A stretch of DNA of 47,496 nt, taken from contig JAJSAI010000031.1 in NCBI GenBank assembly GCA_024274695.1, positions 1-47,496 of the forward strand, in the 5' to 3' direction. A program made the translations under genes and the position numbers. Position 1 is the stretch's first letter; each line of letters opens with the position of its first letter. Below the pieces are notes generated by a model. The model ran no database searches, was not told where the DNA came from, and saw only the letters and a program-made list of their open reading frames with translations. Below are positions 1 through 9,459 of this stretch, one piece after another. Origin of the DNA: an archaeon (lineage in GTDB: Archaea > B1Sed10-29 > JAJSAI01).

Positions 1-336
1 GGTGGTGTTAGTGCAGTCTGTGGTGCAGTTGTAGAACGCGTCACAGTAGGCCGCCAGGGGCCCGGAAGAATATGAGATGTTAAGGTCAAGCGCTTTTGAG
101 GACGCGTACCACTCCGCGTACTTGCTGAAGTCTGAGATCCTGGCTGTGTTCGTTGGGTCCATTCTGACAACATACACCATTTCCCTGCTGATCTCCTGGA
201 ACACTGACTCTGCGGTCCCGGTTTCCTCCACGTTCTGCTCTGCTCTGTGGAAGTAGCTCACGTACGCTGCAGCAACCCCCGCGACCACGATTATCATCAG
301 GTACGCTGCGATTATGTAGAACTGGCCTCTCCTCAT
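1..336 (-). CDS. Type IV pilin-like protein (runs off the left edge)
   Basis: Not in the ORF track. Hand translation from ATG at 336 gives MRRGQFYIIAAYLMIIVVAGVAAAYVSYF..., a class III signal peptide (RRG/QF plus hydrophobic helix); ATGA overlap with the upstream gene. Confidence 0.8.
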   Translation of the reverse strand, partial: MRRGQFYIIAAYLMIIVVAGVAAAYVSYFHRAEQNVEETGTAESVFQEISREMVYVVRMDPTNTARISDFSKYAEWYASSKALDLNISYSSGPLAAYCDAFYNCTTDCTNTT

Positions 337-776
337 TCCCGCCATACCATTACCACCAGCCTTTTTGGAGCGTACTCCACCGTCCACACCCCGGTCGCGG
401 TGTCATTGTATGCTGCTCCTGAGAAGAGCAGGGAGTACGAGACAACCTCCTTTCCTGGAGGAGGTTCTGCCCCCGTCCAGTTCACGGGAACATCAAGAGC
501 ATTACCGCTGGAGTTAGAATACAAGACTATCTTGTACCCTATTCCTTCGGGCAGGGTGCTGTTGTCAGGGGGGTTTAACTCGTTCCTGGCCAGGCTGACC
601 CTGTCCCCATTGTACGATAGTGCGATCCTCTTGGCCACGTCATACATTCTCGGGATGTTGGCTTGGTCCGTGTACTTCGGGAAGTTATGCAGGTGAATGC
701 TGGAAAGCACTGTGAAGAAGAGCACCAGCGCGAGGAAGGCCTCTATCATCCTGAAAAACCCTTTCACCAGACCCAC
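333..776 (-). CDS. Pilin-like protein
   Basis: KG/FF followed by hydrophobic helix with Glu (IEAFLALVLFF); several NxS/T sequons; within pilus operon. Confidence 0.7.
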   Translation of the reverse strand: MGLVKGFFRMIEAFLALVLFFTVLSSIHLHNFPKYTDQANIPRMYDVAKRIALSYNGDRVSLARNELNPPDNSTLPEGIGYKIVLYSNSSGNALDVPVNWTGAEPPPGKEVVSYSLLFSGAAYNDTATGVWTVEYAPKRLVVMVWRE

Positions 777-1231
777 ACCTCCACGCTCCCGGGCACTCCG
801 CCTACCGAAACAGGTCTTTTAACGTACCTGGGAGTTCCGATCACCTGGTCTGGAACGCATTCCGTCACGTTCCCTGACCATGACACCCTCACTTTCACCC
901 CGTTATCAGGGAGTCCTATCTTTTGCGCTATGACCGTGCAGTTACTCTGGTTGATGGCAAGAGCCTTGGCCGGGTCCACCAGTCCTGGCAGGGTCTGGTT
1001 CTGGAACATTGCGAGGCCTATCTCGTTCGCGGCGGTCACGCTCGTCCAATTGAAGGGATCACCTGGAGAGTCCAGGAGCATGTGCTCTGCGAACCGCGCT
1101 TCTTCAAGGTAAACGTCTGGGGACTCTCTGTACGGCTGGACGAGGTAGGGGCTTGTGTACAGGAAGCTCGCGTACGCCGTCAGGAAGACTATCATGCTCA
1201 GCAGGAAATCGTAGTTGTCAGCGCTCACCAT
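764..1231 (-). CDS. Pilus-associated, N-terminally anchored protein (minor pilin-like)
   Basis: N-terminal hydrophobic helix (DFLLSMIVFLTAY), PxNW motif, overlaps the next gene, operon context. Confidence 0.6.
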   Translation of the reverse strand: MVSADNYDFLLSMIVFLTAYASFLYTSPYLVQPYRESPDVYLEEARFAEHMLLDSPGDPFNWTSVTAANEIGLAMFQNQTLPGLVDPAKALAINQSNCTVIAQKIGLPDNGVKVRVSWSGNVTECVPDQVIGTPRYVKRPVSVGGVPGSVEVWVW

Positions 1232-1235
1232 GACC

Positions 1236-2435
1236 TTACCCCGCCACGTCCTCTATTATTATGCTGTACCCTTTTCCTGTGTTGTATATACTGTACTGTA
1301 CCTTGGAAGGCTTTTTCACGATTATGCTGTCCTCGTTCACTATCAGGTCTCCCTTGTCGCACGGGGTGCACGCTCTCGCCCCGAACTTTATCTGCTCAGG
1401 CTTGAGGTCATCAAACCCTCTGAGGTTCTTTTCTTCAGCAAGCCGCTTGACCTCCCTGAGCACGTCCACGTTGGTGACATCTGAAGTGAAAGTGTACACG
1501 ATGTTCTTCGCGCTGCTGCCAGAAGACCCTGGTGGTATGAGCAGGATCTGGTTTGCTGCTTTCACCTGGAAAGGCTCAGGGGTTACTATGAACTGGAAGG
1601 CGAGTATTGTTATGATCACGAGTATTATAGAGTGCTTTATTCCCGCGATCACACTAGCTTCTCCCATCTGCCCGCTTATGAGCCCCGCGAAGAACGCTTC
1701 TATCAGGCACAGGTGGAAGAATATCGTCCTGAAGTCCTCCTCGCTCATGGGAGTCCCTGAACCCCCTCCCAGTATCGCCGCGGCCCCCTGAAGCTGGGGC
1801 GTGGCAGGGATGAACGTCTTGGTCAGCACCAGGATTATCCCCAGGAACAGGAAGAAAATGAAGTACGTTGATATCACGTACACGCTGAGCTTGCTCTTTC
1901 TCTCCATCTCTATTTCCTTGAGTGTCCTGACGTCCGTGGACACAGTCTCAAGGATACTCGCGATGTCCCCTCCGGACTTGTAACTTTCTATTATGATGAG
2001 GAGGGCCTGTCTCATGAGCTTGCTCTTGGTCTTGTTCGCGAGCCTTTCAAGCGCGTCCTCTAGAGGAATTCCCCAGCTCAGCTGGGCTGCCACTTTCCTC
2101 ATTTCCTTGGACAAGGGCCCGTAGTCTCCCTTGCTTGCGTTGTCAAACGCTCTTGGCAGGGTCATCCCTGCCCTGACCGACTCTGCCACGTCCCTTAAGA
2201 AGTCAGGAAGGTACAGTTCCATCTGCTTGACCTTCACGTAGTCAAGATAGTACACGAGCAGTATCGGCAGGACGGCCGTGAGCGCTCCCGCCACGAGCAG
2301 GCCCTGGAAGTACACGGTATACTGCATTACCGTGACCGCTAAGATGATCATGATGGTGCCGACTATCGTTAGCAGGTAAAGGGGCGAGACCTCTTTCCCG
2401 AGTATCCTGAACCTTCTCATGCTACTACACTCCAA
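1236..2435 (-). CDS. Type II secretion F family / TadC-like pilus platform protein with C-terminal extension
   Basis: LPDFLRDVAESVRAGMTL, YGPLSKEM, SGGDIASILE motifs; multiple TM helices. True start may be 2420. Confidence 0.9.
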   Translation of the reverse strand: MECSSMRRFRILGKEVSPLYLLTIVGTIMIILAVTVMQYTVYFQGLLVAGALTAVLPILLVYYLDYVKVKQMELYLPDFLRDVAESVRAGMTLPRAFDNASKGDYGPLSKEMRKVAAQLSWGIPLEDALERLANKTKSKLMRQALLIIIESYKSGGDIASILETVSTDVRTLKEIEMERKSKLSVYVISTYFIFFLFLGIILVLTKTFIPATPQLQGAAAILGGGSGTPMSEEDFRTIFFHLCLIEAFFAGLISGQMGEASVIAGIKHSIILVIITILAFQFIVTPEPFQVKAANQILLIPPGSSGSSAKNIVYTFTSDVTNVDVLREVKRLAEEKNLRGFDDLKPEQIKFGARACTPCDKGDLIVNEDSIIVKKPSKVQYSIYNTGKGYSIIIEDVAG

Positions 2436-3324
2436 CAGGCTTGCTTCCCTCTATCATGAACATGAACCCAACAGCCATTATGGGCAGCAGGAGGTAAACG
2501 AATACCGCGAATATCACGTTCATGGGCATGCCCAGGTTGGTCATTGACCCCATCACTGTTACCATTATAACGAACAGCACCGGGCCGGCCACGAACAGTG
2601 TAATATACATTTCTGCCATGAGGCTGAGGGTGTCCAGGTACTGTGATTCTACCATCCTTCTTTTGTCCATGAGTTCCTTAGCCTTGCTCACCAGGTACTG
2701 TCTGAGATCTCCTCCTGTCCTGACTATGGTCACTATCCCCCAGAGGAGGTCCTTCAGGCTGGGGCTCGGGGTCCTGCTCGCGGACTCTGCCAGGGCAGTG
2801 GTCGTATCATAACCGAACACTTCAATGTTCCTGGCGATTCGCCTGAACTCCTTCGAGACCTCCCCGTACTCGTCAAAAGACCCTATTATCTTGAACACGA
2901 GGTACACAGGAACTCCTGTTCCCGCGATCGTGGCCATGTGCGTCACGGCGTAGGGCAGGTTCACCTCCAGGTTCCTCTTCAAGCTGTCCTTCGCGTACTC
3001 TGGGTACAAGAGGAAGAACAGTATGACCCCGCTGGCAGACACGAACGAGAAGATAACGGACAGGAGGAACGCGATCCCTGGCTCTAGTTCCAGCACGTGC
3101 AGGAACACGAAGTTCAGTCCCAGGAAAAAGAAGGGCACTGAAAGTAGGCACGTGAGCAGCATGCTGGCCACGTACTCCTCGGGCGTAATGTACAGGCCTG
3201 CTTTTTTCAGGGAGGGCTTGAGGCCTGCCAGATAACTCTTAGGGAACAGAGCATTGATTATTCCAGTCCTGTGGAATATCCTGTACGCAATCACCCGGTA
3301 CGACCTGCTGAGCATTGGGATCAT
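2425..3324 (-). CDS. Type II secretion F family / TadC-like pilus platform protein
   Basis: LPYAVTHMATIAGTG, YGEVSKEF, TGGDLRQYL, LSLMAEMYIT motifs. Confidence 0.9.
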   Translation of the reverse strand: MIPMLSRSYRVIAYRIFHRTGIINALFPKSYLAGLKPSLKKAGLYITPEEYVASMLLTCLLSVPFFFLGLNFVFLHVLELEPGIAFLLSVIFSFVSASGVILFFLLYPEYAKDSLKRNLEVNLPYAVTHMATIAGTGVPVYLVFKIIGSFDEYGEVSKEFRRIARNIEVFGYDTTTALAESASRTPSPSLKDLLWGIVTIVRTGGDLRQYLVSKAKELMDKRRMVESQYLDTLSLMAEMYITLFVAGPVLFVIMVTVMGSMTNLGMPMNVIFAVFVYLLLPIMAVGFMFMIEGSKPVGV

Positions 3325-5243
3325 TTTTCAGACCTCTTCCCGTAGACTTCTTCCAGGACGCTCACAGGGTCCTTGTAGTATCTTGCGATGATCTCTCCAA
3401 CATCCTTGTAGTACCTTATTCCCTTTTCCTTCATCCAGTTGAGTATGTCTCTTCTTCTCCTTATTTCTTCCCAAACGCTCTTTTCAGGAAGGCCCTTCTC
3501 TTCTATTATCCTGTTCACGATGTAGCTCCTGTCAGAGGAGAACTCGTAGTAGTCCTGGGACGGGACCCACTTGAAAAGGGTGTTGGTTATCAGGTTCCCT
3601 GTCCTGAAGTCCACTCCGACTATTTCTATCAGTTCTTTTATTCTTCTGACGTCCACGCCCTTGATGTGCGCGTGCTGTAGGATTATGACGATGTCAAGGT
3701 GCTGGAGAAGTCCTGGCGACAGGTTTATTGGGGGTGTGATGAGCCTGTTCACCACTGCCTCGAATGACTCCGCGTGCAAGGTGGCCATTCCAGGGTGTCC
3801 CGTCGCCATTCCCTGGAACAAGACGTACGCTTCTTTTCCCCTGACCTCTCCGACTATTATCTCGTCGGGCCTTTCTCTCAAGGCCGCTCTGAGCAGGTCG
3901 AACATGCTCACTTCCCCTCTCTCGCTCGGCCCGTATCCTGGTCTTGCGATCTTGGCCACCCAGTGCTCGTGAGGGAGCCTGAGCTCTGGAGTGTCTTCTA
4001 TGCTCACGATCTTGGCTTCAGGGTGCAGGAAAAGGCAGAGCGCGTTCAGCAGGCTTGTTTTTCCGGTAGCAGTTCCCCCGGCCACTAGTATGGAGTTCCT
4101 GAACTCTATGGCCAGCCACAGGTACGCTGCAATTGTTGCGGGAAGCGTCCCGTAGTTCATGAGGTCTATTACAGTGAGGGGATCCTTGGTGAATTTCCTG
4201 ATGGTGAACGTCGAGCCTCTTATGGCAATATCCTTCCCTGCTGAGAACGTTGCCTGCACTCTGCTCCCGTCGGGCAGGGCGCCGTTCATCAGGGGTTCTG
4301 CGACGGAAATGTGCTTCCCGCACCTCTGCGCTAGCTTGATTATGAAAGAATTCAGTTCCTCGGGGTCCGTGAACACGATGTTTGTTTTCAGGGAACCATA
4401 CTTTCTGTGGAAGACGTATATCGGGATGTTCACGCCGTCACAGGATATGTCTTCTATGTTCTCGTCCTGCATCAAGGGCTCTATCCTGCCGAGCCCGAGA
4501 AAATCCCTGTAAACGTAGTAGAGTATCTTGTTGTACGTTGCTTCCGTCATTTTTATGTCATAGTCCGCGATTATCTGATCAAGCTTTTCTTTCAAATAGT
4601 CCTTAACCCTCCCCGGCTCTTTCACTTCCATCAGGTTTATGTCCAGAAGGTCTATTATGAGCTCCTTAATCCTAGCAAGCTGTTTCTCCTCCTCCTGGGT
4701 CAAGGGAGGCTCTAGAACGTTGTACGTAAGACTGTGCTCCTTCTTGTTCCATTTTATGACCGCGTACGCGTACGGTTCTATTAGCGGGTATCTCACGTCA
4801 ATGGTTTTCAGTTCAGGAGGAGTCCACTGGGAAGGGATTATTCTCTTTTCTTCCTCGGGCACCTTGTGTTCTATGAACGCGAGGCCCCTCACCTTTTCTT
4901 CCTTCTTTCCCTTTGCCTCCCTTTTTATTTCCTCAGTGACCTTCGGGAACTCTATAACGACAGGGGCAGATGGCTTCTTCTTTTCCTCGGCTGGGGTCAT
5001 GCTCTCTTCAGGGATCTTCTCCTTGATTTCCTCCACTCTCTTTTCTTCAATCTCTTCTCCCGTTATCTTCTTCAGTTCTGAAAGGTAGTCCTTTTCCTCT
5101 TCCTTAGCCTCTTTTATCCACTCTCCGTACAAGGGCTCTTCTTCCTCTGTTTTGGCCAGCTTGACCCATTCCCCTACTTTCTCCTCTTCGGATCCCGGCC
5201 ACTCCTTCAACAGTTCCCTAAGCTTTTTCTTAGACAGGGGCAC
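3321..5243 (-). CDS. Type IV pilus assembly ATPase (FlaI/VirB11 family)
   Basis: Walker A GGTATGKT, SIEDTPEL, LRERPDEIIVGEVRG, TGHPGMATLHA. Confidence 0.95.
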   Translation of the reverse strand: MPLSKKKLRELLKEWPGSEEEKVGEWVKLAKTEEEEPLYGEWIKEAKEEEKDYLSELKKITGEEIEEKRVEEIKEKIPEESMTPAEEKKKPSAPVVIEFPKVTEEIKREAKGKKEEKVRGLAFIEHKVPEEEKRIIPSQWTPPELKTIDVRYPLIEPYAYAVIKWNKKEHSLTYNVLEPPLTQEEEKQLARIKELIIDLLDINLMEVKEPGRVKDYLKEKLDQIIADYDIKMTEATYNKILYYVYRDFLGLGRIEPLMQDENIEDISCDGVNIPIYVFHRKYGSLKTNIVFTDPEELNSFIIKLAQRCGKHISVAEPLMNGALPDGSRVQATFSAGKDIAIRGSTFTIRKFTKDPLTVIDLMNYGTLPATIAAYLWLAIEFRNSILVAGGTATGKTSLLNALCLFLHPEAKIVSIEDTPELRLPHEHWVAKIARPGYGPSERGEVSMFDLLRAALRERPDEIIVGEVRGKEAYVLFQGMATGHPGMATLHAESFEAVVNRLITPPINLSPGLLQHLDIVIILQHAHIKGVDVRRIKELIEIVGVDFRTGNLITNTLFKWVPSQDYYEFSSDRSYIVNRIIEEKGLPEKSVWEEIRRRRDILNWMKEKGIRYYKDVGEIIARYYKDPVSVLEEVYGKRSEK

Positions 5244-5673
5244 ACGTGTTCACCAGGCTAATTTTTTTGGTCCCGTTGTTCGAGGCGATAAGACACCTTT
5301 CTCCCCAAGAGACACTTCCGTTAACACTCACGAGGCTGCAGTTTATATTAGATACCGCGACAAAGCTCCTGTAGTACGCGGGATCCTGGGCGGTTACCTT
5401 GAGGCTGTCGTTCTCGCAGGATATGCTGACAGAGTACTCCGTGTCAGAGACAGGGAGGCTTACCCTGGTCTGGTACTCTGTATTGTTGTTCTTGATGAAC
5501 TCGTACGCGTTGATAAGCTTGTACTGGACGTCTCTTGCGATGTCCTCGAGCATGGCCTGATGCTGGGTCCCGCGCATTCCATGGGCTTCCTGGTTGAGGA
5601 CAGTCCAGATAGCGGACAGCATTATGACCAAGATCAGCACCCTGGTCATCGTTCCTACCGTGAACACGACCAT
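5230..5673 (-). CDS. Pilus-associated, N-terminally anchored protein
   Basis: N-terminal hydrophobic helix, Cys pairs, NxS/T sequons; overlaps the ATPase start. Confidence 0.6.
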   Translation of the reverse strand: MVVFTVGTMTRVLILVIMLSAIWTVLNQEAHGMRGTQHQAMLEDIARDVQYKLINAYEFIKNNNTEYQTRVSLPVSDTEYSVSISCENDSLKVTAQDPAYYRSFVAVSNINCSLVSVNGSVSWGERCLIASNNGTKKISLVNTCAPV

Positions 5674-5686
5674 AATATCATCCTCT

Positions 5687-6292
5687 TTAGCACATGCTCA
5701 CGCTAACGACCGGCCGCCCGTTAGTAACGTTTTCCTTTCTTATGATTATCACCGTTTCAGGCCCTACTTTCCCTTTGCCGCACTGGTCTCCCCAAACAAG
5801 GTCAATGTCAGGAAAGCACGCTGCCACTTCTGTCTGGGACGTTCCAGGCCCTGCAGCGCCCTGGTAAGTGGTCTCGTACTCGTTCAGCCGGTACATTACT
5901 ATCCCTGTCACGTTGTCAAGCAGGTAATCATACCCGCAGGACTCGTTAGCCTGGACCCTGGCGCTGTCCCCAGGGTACCCTATTACCGCGGCGTACTGGT
6001 TAAACACAAGGGTAATCCTATCGTTTTCCTCGTCCAGCGACAGGTAAGGGTTCACGTACTCGTACTGGGGATGGTAAAACACGAACATTGTCGTGAAGTT
6101 CTCGTCTCCAGCCGCGACCTGTTTTATTATCCTCTCCAAGGAGACCATCTGATTATAGTATGATCTGACCCTTCCCTGTTCTCCGAACTCTTTCACGGTT
6201 CCCGTGGCCCAGTAGTACGTGGCAGCCGTGAAGATTATTATGATCGCTACTGACAGCACGAAGGATACCGTGGGAGAAATTCCCCTTTGCAT
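5687..6292 (-). CDS. Type IV pilin-like protein
   Basis: Start re-assigned to ATG 6292: MQRG/ISPTVSFVLSVAIIII is a typical archaeal class III signal peptide. Confidence 0.85.
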   Translation of the reverse strand: MQRGISPTVSFVLSVAIIIIFTAATYYWATGTVKEFGEQGRVRSYYNQMVSLERIIKQVAAGDENFTTMFVFYHPQYEYVNPYLSLDEENDRITLVFNQYAAVIGYPGDSARVQANESCGYDYLLDNVTGIVMYRLNEYETTYQGAAGPGTSQTEVAACFPDIDLVWGDQCGKGKVGPETVIIIRKENVTNGRPVVSVSMC

Positions 6293-6349
6293 AAGGATTA
6301 AAAACCAGGCGTATTTATTAAAGTTACCTGCCGGCGGACGATACTGGTA

Positions 6350-7018
6350 GTGATTTGCATGGTGCCAGGAACAGTGGGGTTCATCCCTGACGGGAACAGG
6401 CGGTACGCCAGAAAAAAGGGGATAACCCTTGACCAAGCGTATTCTGAGGGCTTTGACACCGCAGAGAACGTCCTTGACTGGTGTGACGCCGCGGGCGTGA
6501 AGAACGTTATCCTCTGGGGCTTCTCAACCGAGAACTTCAGGAGGTCCGAGCAAGAAAGAGAGCTTCTATTCTCCCTTTTCTCAGAGCACCTGAAGAGGAT
6601 GTACGAGTCCAAGAAACTGGTGGAAAGGAAGTCCAGGGTGCTGTTCGCGGGAGTGAAAGAATTTCTGGACGATCCGAGGATAAGCAAGTGGGTCAGGAAG
6701 ATTGAGGAAAAGACCAGAGAGTTTGCAGGGAAGACAGTGTACATCGCGCTCGGCTACGGCGGTCGGGCAGAGCTCTTGCAGGCGCTCCGGGAGAGGGTTG
6801 AGAGAGAGTCTGACGTGCTCAAGAGGCTGTGGATTCCCTTAGAGCCTGACCTGATAATCCGCACCGGGGGATACCAACGGCTCTCAGGATTCATGCTCTG
6901 GCAGGCCGCTTATTCTGAGCTCTACTTCACCAAAAAACTGTGGCCCGAGTTTGACGAGACGGAGTTCAAGAACGCTCTAAAGTTTTACGCTTCTTCCCAG
7001 CGGAACTTCGGGATCTAG
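6350..7018 (+). CDS. uppS: cis-prenyltransferase (polyprenyl diphosphate synthase)
   Basis: IPDGNRRYA, FSTENFRRS, YGGRAEL, PDLIIRTGG, RLSGFMLWQAAYSEL, RNFG. Confidence 0.95.
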   Translation: MICMVPGTVGFIPDGNRRYARKKGITLDQAYSEGFDTAENVLDWCDAAGVKNVILWGFSTENFRRSEQERELLFSLFSEHLKRMYESKKLVERKSRVLFAGVKEFLDDPRISKWVRKIEEKTREFAGKTVYIALGYGGRAELLQALRERVERESDVLKRLWIPLEPDLIIRTGGYQRLSGFMLWQAAYSELYFTKKLWPEFDETEFKNALKFYASSQRNFGI

Positions 7019-8031
7019 AAGAAGGAGAACAGGAAAGCCTTTCTTCCAAGAACCTTCTTGACAGTGTGCCCGATGTGGTCCATGTCTCCCTCTTCTTCAG
7101 CCACTCTCTTGAGCCCTATCCTTTCCGCGAGGCCAAGGGCCCGGTCAGGCCCCAGCCTGTCCACCAGCTTTCTTATCCTAGCATGGGCTTTCAGGTCAGG
7201 CTCGTACAACCGCTTGAATCTTTCCTGATACCTTTCAAGATCCCCGTGGTCCAGCGCGTCAGCCAGGAGCCTGGCGCTCTTGCACCCGAAAACTATTCCT
7301 CCTCCGGTCGTGTTCTTCACCTGGCCTGCAGCGTCTCCAACGAGAGTTTTGTCCCCGTCAACTATCCTCTTCCCGGAATACAGTGGGATTATTCCAGCCC
7401 TAGGGTTTGACCAGCTGCTTATCTTTATCGGCCTGGCGAAGGCGTTAAAGAGGGCTCTCGCGTTCCCTTTCCGGGTGCCAAGGCCTATCCTCACTTCCCT
7501 CTCGTTCTTTGGTATCACCCACGCGAAAAACCCAGGGGCGAAGTCACCGAAGTACAGGTGCACGTAATCAGGGTCCACAGGCTCTTCAAGCACTGCGTCA
7601 ATCTGGTACGTGAAAACAAACTCCTTGTTCCTTGAGCCCATTGCTTCCGCTACCTTGGACAATGCGCCGTCCGCGCCGATCACGGGCATGTTGGGGTCAG
7701 GGTGCCCGTGCCAGAAAGCCCCCCACCTCACCTTCACGCCCCTTGCTTCAGCCTCGTCCAGCAGGATCCCGTGCATCTTGTCCCTGTCGAGCACAGCAGC
7801 CTGGGGAGAGCTCCTTTCTATAACAAGGTCTCTGTTCTTCGTGTGGAACTTGGCTCCCTTAACGTAGTTCAGCACGCACTCCTTCCACGGAAGGCCAGTG
7901 GCCCTGAGTCCCGTGAGGGAAACGAGTCCCGAGCACGGCTTAGGCTCCAGCCTCTCGCTTCTCTCCCAGACTTCTACTCCTCCAAGACGAGACGCTAGAT
8001 ACAAGCCGACTATCCCTGCACCCACTATCAA
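7015..8031 (-). CDS. Geranylgeranyl reductase family flavoprotein
   Basis: GAGIVG FAD motif, KPCSG, IGADG, PGFFAWVIP, LVGDAAGQVKNTTGGGI; TTG start preceded by GGTGA. Confidence 0.85.
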   Translation of the reverse strand: MIVGAGIVGLYLASRLGGVEVWERSERLEPKPCSGLVSLTGLRATGLPWKECVLNYVKGAKFHTKNRDLVIERSSPQAAVLDRDKMHGILLDEAEARGVKVRWGAFWHGHPDPNMPVIGADGALSKVAEAMGSRNKEFVFTYQIDAVLEEPVDPDYVHLYFGDFAPGFFAWVIPKNEREVRIGLGTRKGNARALFNAFARPIKISSWSNPRAGIIPLYSGKRIVDGDKTLVGDAAGQVKNTTGGGIVFGCKSARLLADALDHGDLERYQERFKRLYEPDLKAHARIRKLVDRLGPDRALGLAERIGLKRVAEEEGDMDHIGHTVKKVLGRKAFLFSFF

Positions 8032-8118
8032 AAAAGTTCACCCGGCCGAAGAGGTAACAATTATTCTGGTCCCAGGGGTTTAAAAAACCAGCCCCAGCCA
8101 TCCTCTCCCATCCTCCTA

Positions 8119-8177
8119 ATTTTGGCATTCTCGGATGCCAAAATCATGGTCATTTTGGCACTTGCTAGTGCCAATTT
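8119..8177. repeat. 59-bp repeat, copy 1: two 26-bp palindromes at 33-bp period
   Basis: ATTTTGGCAT-TCTCGG-ATGCCAAAAT (8119-8144) and ATTTTGGCAC-TTGCTA-GTGCCAATTT (8152-8177). Confidence 0.9.
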
Positions 8178-9370
8178 TAGTATAATAGTCCGAACAAGAA
8201 CAAAGGAATCCGATTTCCCCTTGTCTCGAGCGAGTCGGTCGCCAGGTAAACTCCTTTCCGCTTGCGCTTCTTGGCCCTTCCTCCTACTTCAACGATCCTG
8301 CCGGCCACGTAATAGTCAGGGGTTCTTTTACCCGTTTCCCGCACGTACTGGAGCCTGTCAAGGTGGTTTACCAGGAATTCCTCTCTGAGACTGCCCTGTC
8401 CCGGCTCCCGACCTATCATGTAGTTCAAGGCCGCTCGGAATGGGATCCTCAGGAAAATTTTCGGCTCCTTCCTAACGAGCTTGTGTCCCCTGGCTCTTGG
8501 CAGTACTGTTCTCAGCAGGCCGACCCTTTCAAGGTCCCTGACGAGAGAGGCTACCAGCGTCTTGCTGACTCCCAGAGAGCTTGCCATCTTATTGTAACTG
8601 GCTGAGCCCGGTTCGCAGGTGGCAACATAATACAGCAGCCGATAGCACAAGCTTGCGACGAGAGAATCAACCTCCCTGACGTATGCCAGGTCAAAATGGA
8701 TCACCCGCTCGAGCATGCTCGCTAGGGAATCGTAGAACAACGTGTCCCGGGTGGAGTAGGGGAATCCTCCAAACCTCAGGTACTCTTGCAGGAAACTACT
8801 AGCGTGAGCATATCCTGAAATCAGGTTCCTCCGGAACTCTTCATTGAACAGGTCTTCCAGCCTGATCGCCGGAGCTCTTATTCCCTTGAACATTTCAAGG
8901 TACTCCCTGAAGGAAAGGGGCTTTAGCTCGAACAAGAGCGCTCTCCGGCTCAGGTCAATCGTCTGACTAGCAAGAGCCAGGGCAGAAGACCCTGAAAACA
9001 TTACACTTATTTCCAGGTCATCGTGCGCGTTCTTTAGTTCCGCGGCCCACCCAGGGTAGGAGTGTATCTCGTCCACGAACGCGTGCTTGTATCCCCGGGA
9101 ATCAAGCTCCCTTAGTATCTCATACAAGGAGAACTCTCTCAAGTACAGGGAGTCCATTGAAAGGTACACGCTGTCCTTAAACTCTCCCGCGATCTGCAGC
9201 ATCAGGGTTGTTTTGCCCACCCCTCTCAGGCCATGCACTCCGACGTAGTACCTGCCGAGCGCGCTCTTTACCTTATCGTACAAGTACCTCCTGAAGCTTT
9301 TGTCAGAAGCCCAGGCCTTCTTGCTCGCACTGTCAGCCAGTACCCTGGAAACAACGCTCTCGGGAATCAT
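8177..9370 (-). CDS. AAA+ ATPase (AAA_14 / DUF4143 type) with wHTH and C-terminal PD-(D/E)xK-like region
   Basis: Walker A GLRGVGKT, Walker B FVDEIH, SGSS, GGFP, HTH-like SYNKMASSLGVSKTLVASLVRDLERVGL, C-terminal TPDYY...IVEVGG. Confidence 0.85.
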   Translation of the reverse strand: MIPESVVSRVLADSASKKAWASDKSFRRYLYDKVKSALGRYYVGVHGLRGVGKTTLMLQIAGEFKDSVYLSMDSLYLREFSLYEILRELDSRGYKHAFVDEIHSYPGWAAELKNAHDDLEISVMFSGSSALALASQTIDLSRRALLFELKPLSFREYLEMFKGIRAPAIRLEDLFNEEFRRNLISGYAHASSFLQEYLRFGGFPYSTRDTLFYDSLASMLERVIHFDLAYVREVDSLVASLCYRLLYYVATCEPGSASYNKMASSLGVSKTLVASLVRDLERVGLLRTVLPRARGHKLVRKEPKIFLRIPFRAALNYMIGREPGQGSLREEFLVNHLDRLQYVRETGKRTPDYYVAGRIVEVGGRAKKRKRKGVYLATDSLETRGNRIPLFLFGLLY

Positions 9371-9390
9371 TATGACAGAATAAGCCCAGG

Positions 9391-9401
9391 TTATATATAA
9401 A
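9391..9401 (-). promoter_or_regulatory. TATA box of the ATPase gene (probably leaderless)
   Basis: TTTATATATAA on the minus strand, 21-31 nt upstream of ATG 9370. Confidence 0.6.
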
Positions 9402-9459
9402 TCTTGGCATTCGCGAGTACCAAAAATGGTATAATTTTGGCACTCGTTAGTGCCAAAAT
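9401..9459. repeat. 59-bp repeat, copy 2: two 26-bp palindromes at 33-bp period
   Basis: ATCTTGGCAT-TCGCGA-GTACCAAAAA (9401-9426) and ATTTTGGCAC-TCGTTA-GTGCCAAAAT (9434-9459); 43/59 identical to copy 1 by ungapped hand alignment. Confidence 0.9.

Noticed and set aside
8029-8041. Frameshift at the start of the geranylgeranyl reductase (GTG AAC T6)
   Set aside because: The TTG start at 8031 has a well-placed GGTGA ribosome-binding site and retains the FAD motif, so no frameshift is needed.
8119-9459. Mini-CRISPR or IS terminal inverted repeats
   Set aside because: Only 7 nt separate the paired palindromes, and the enclosed gene has no transposase motifs.
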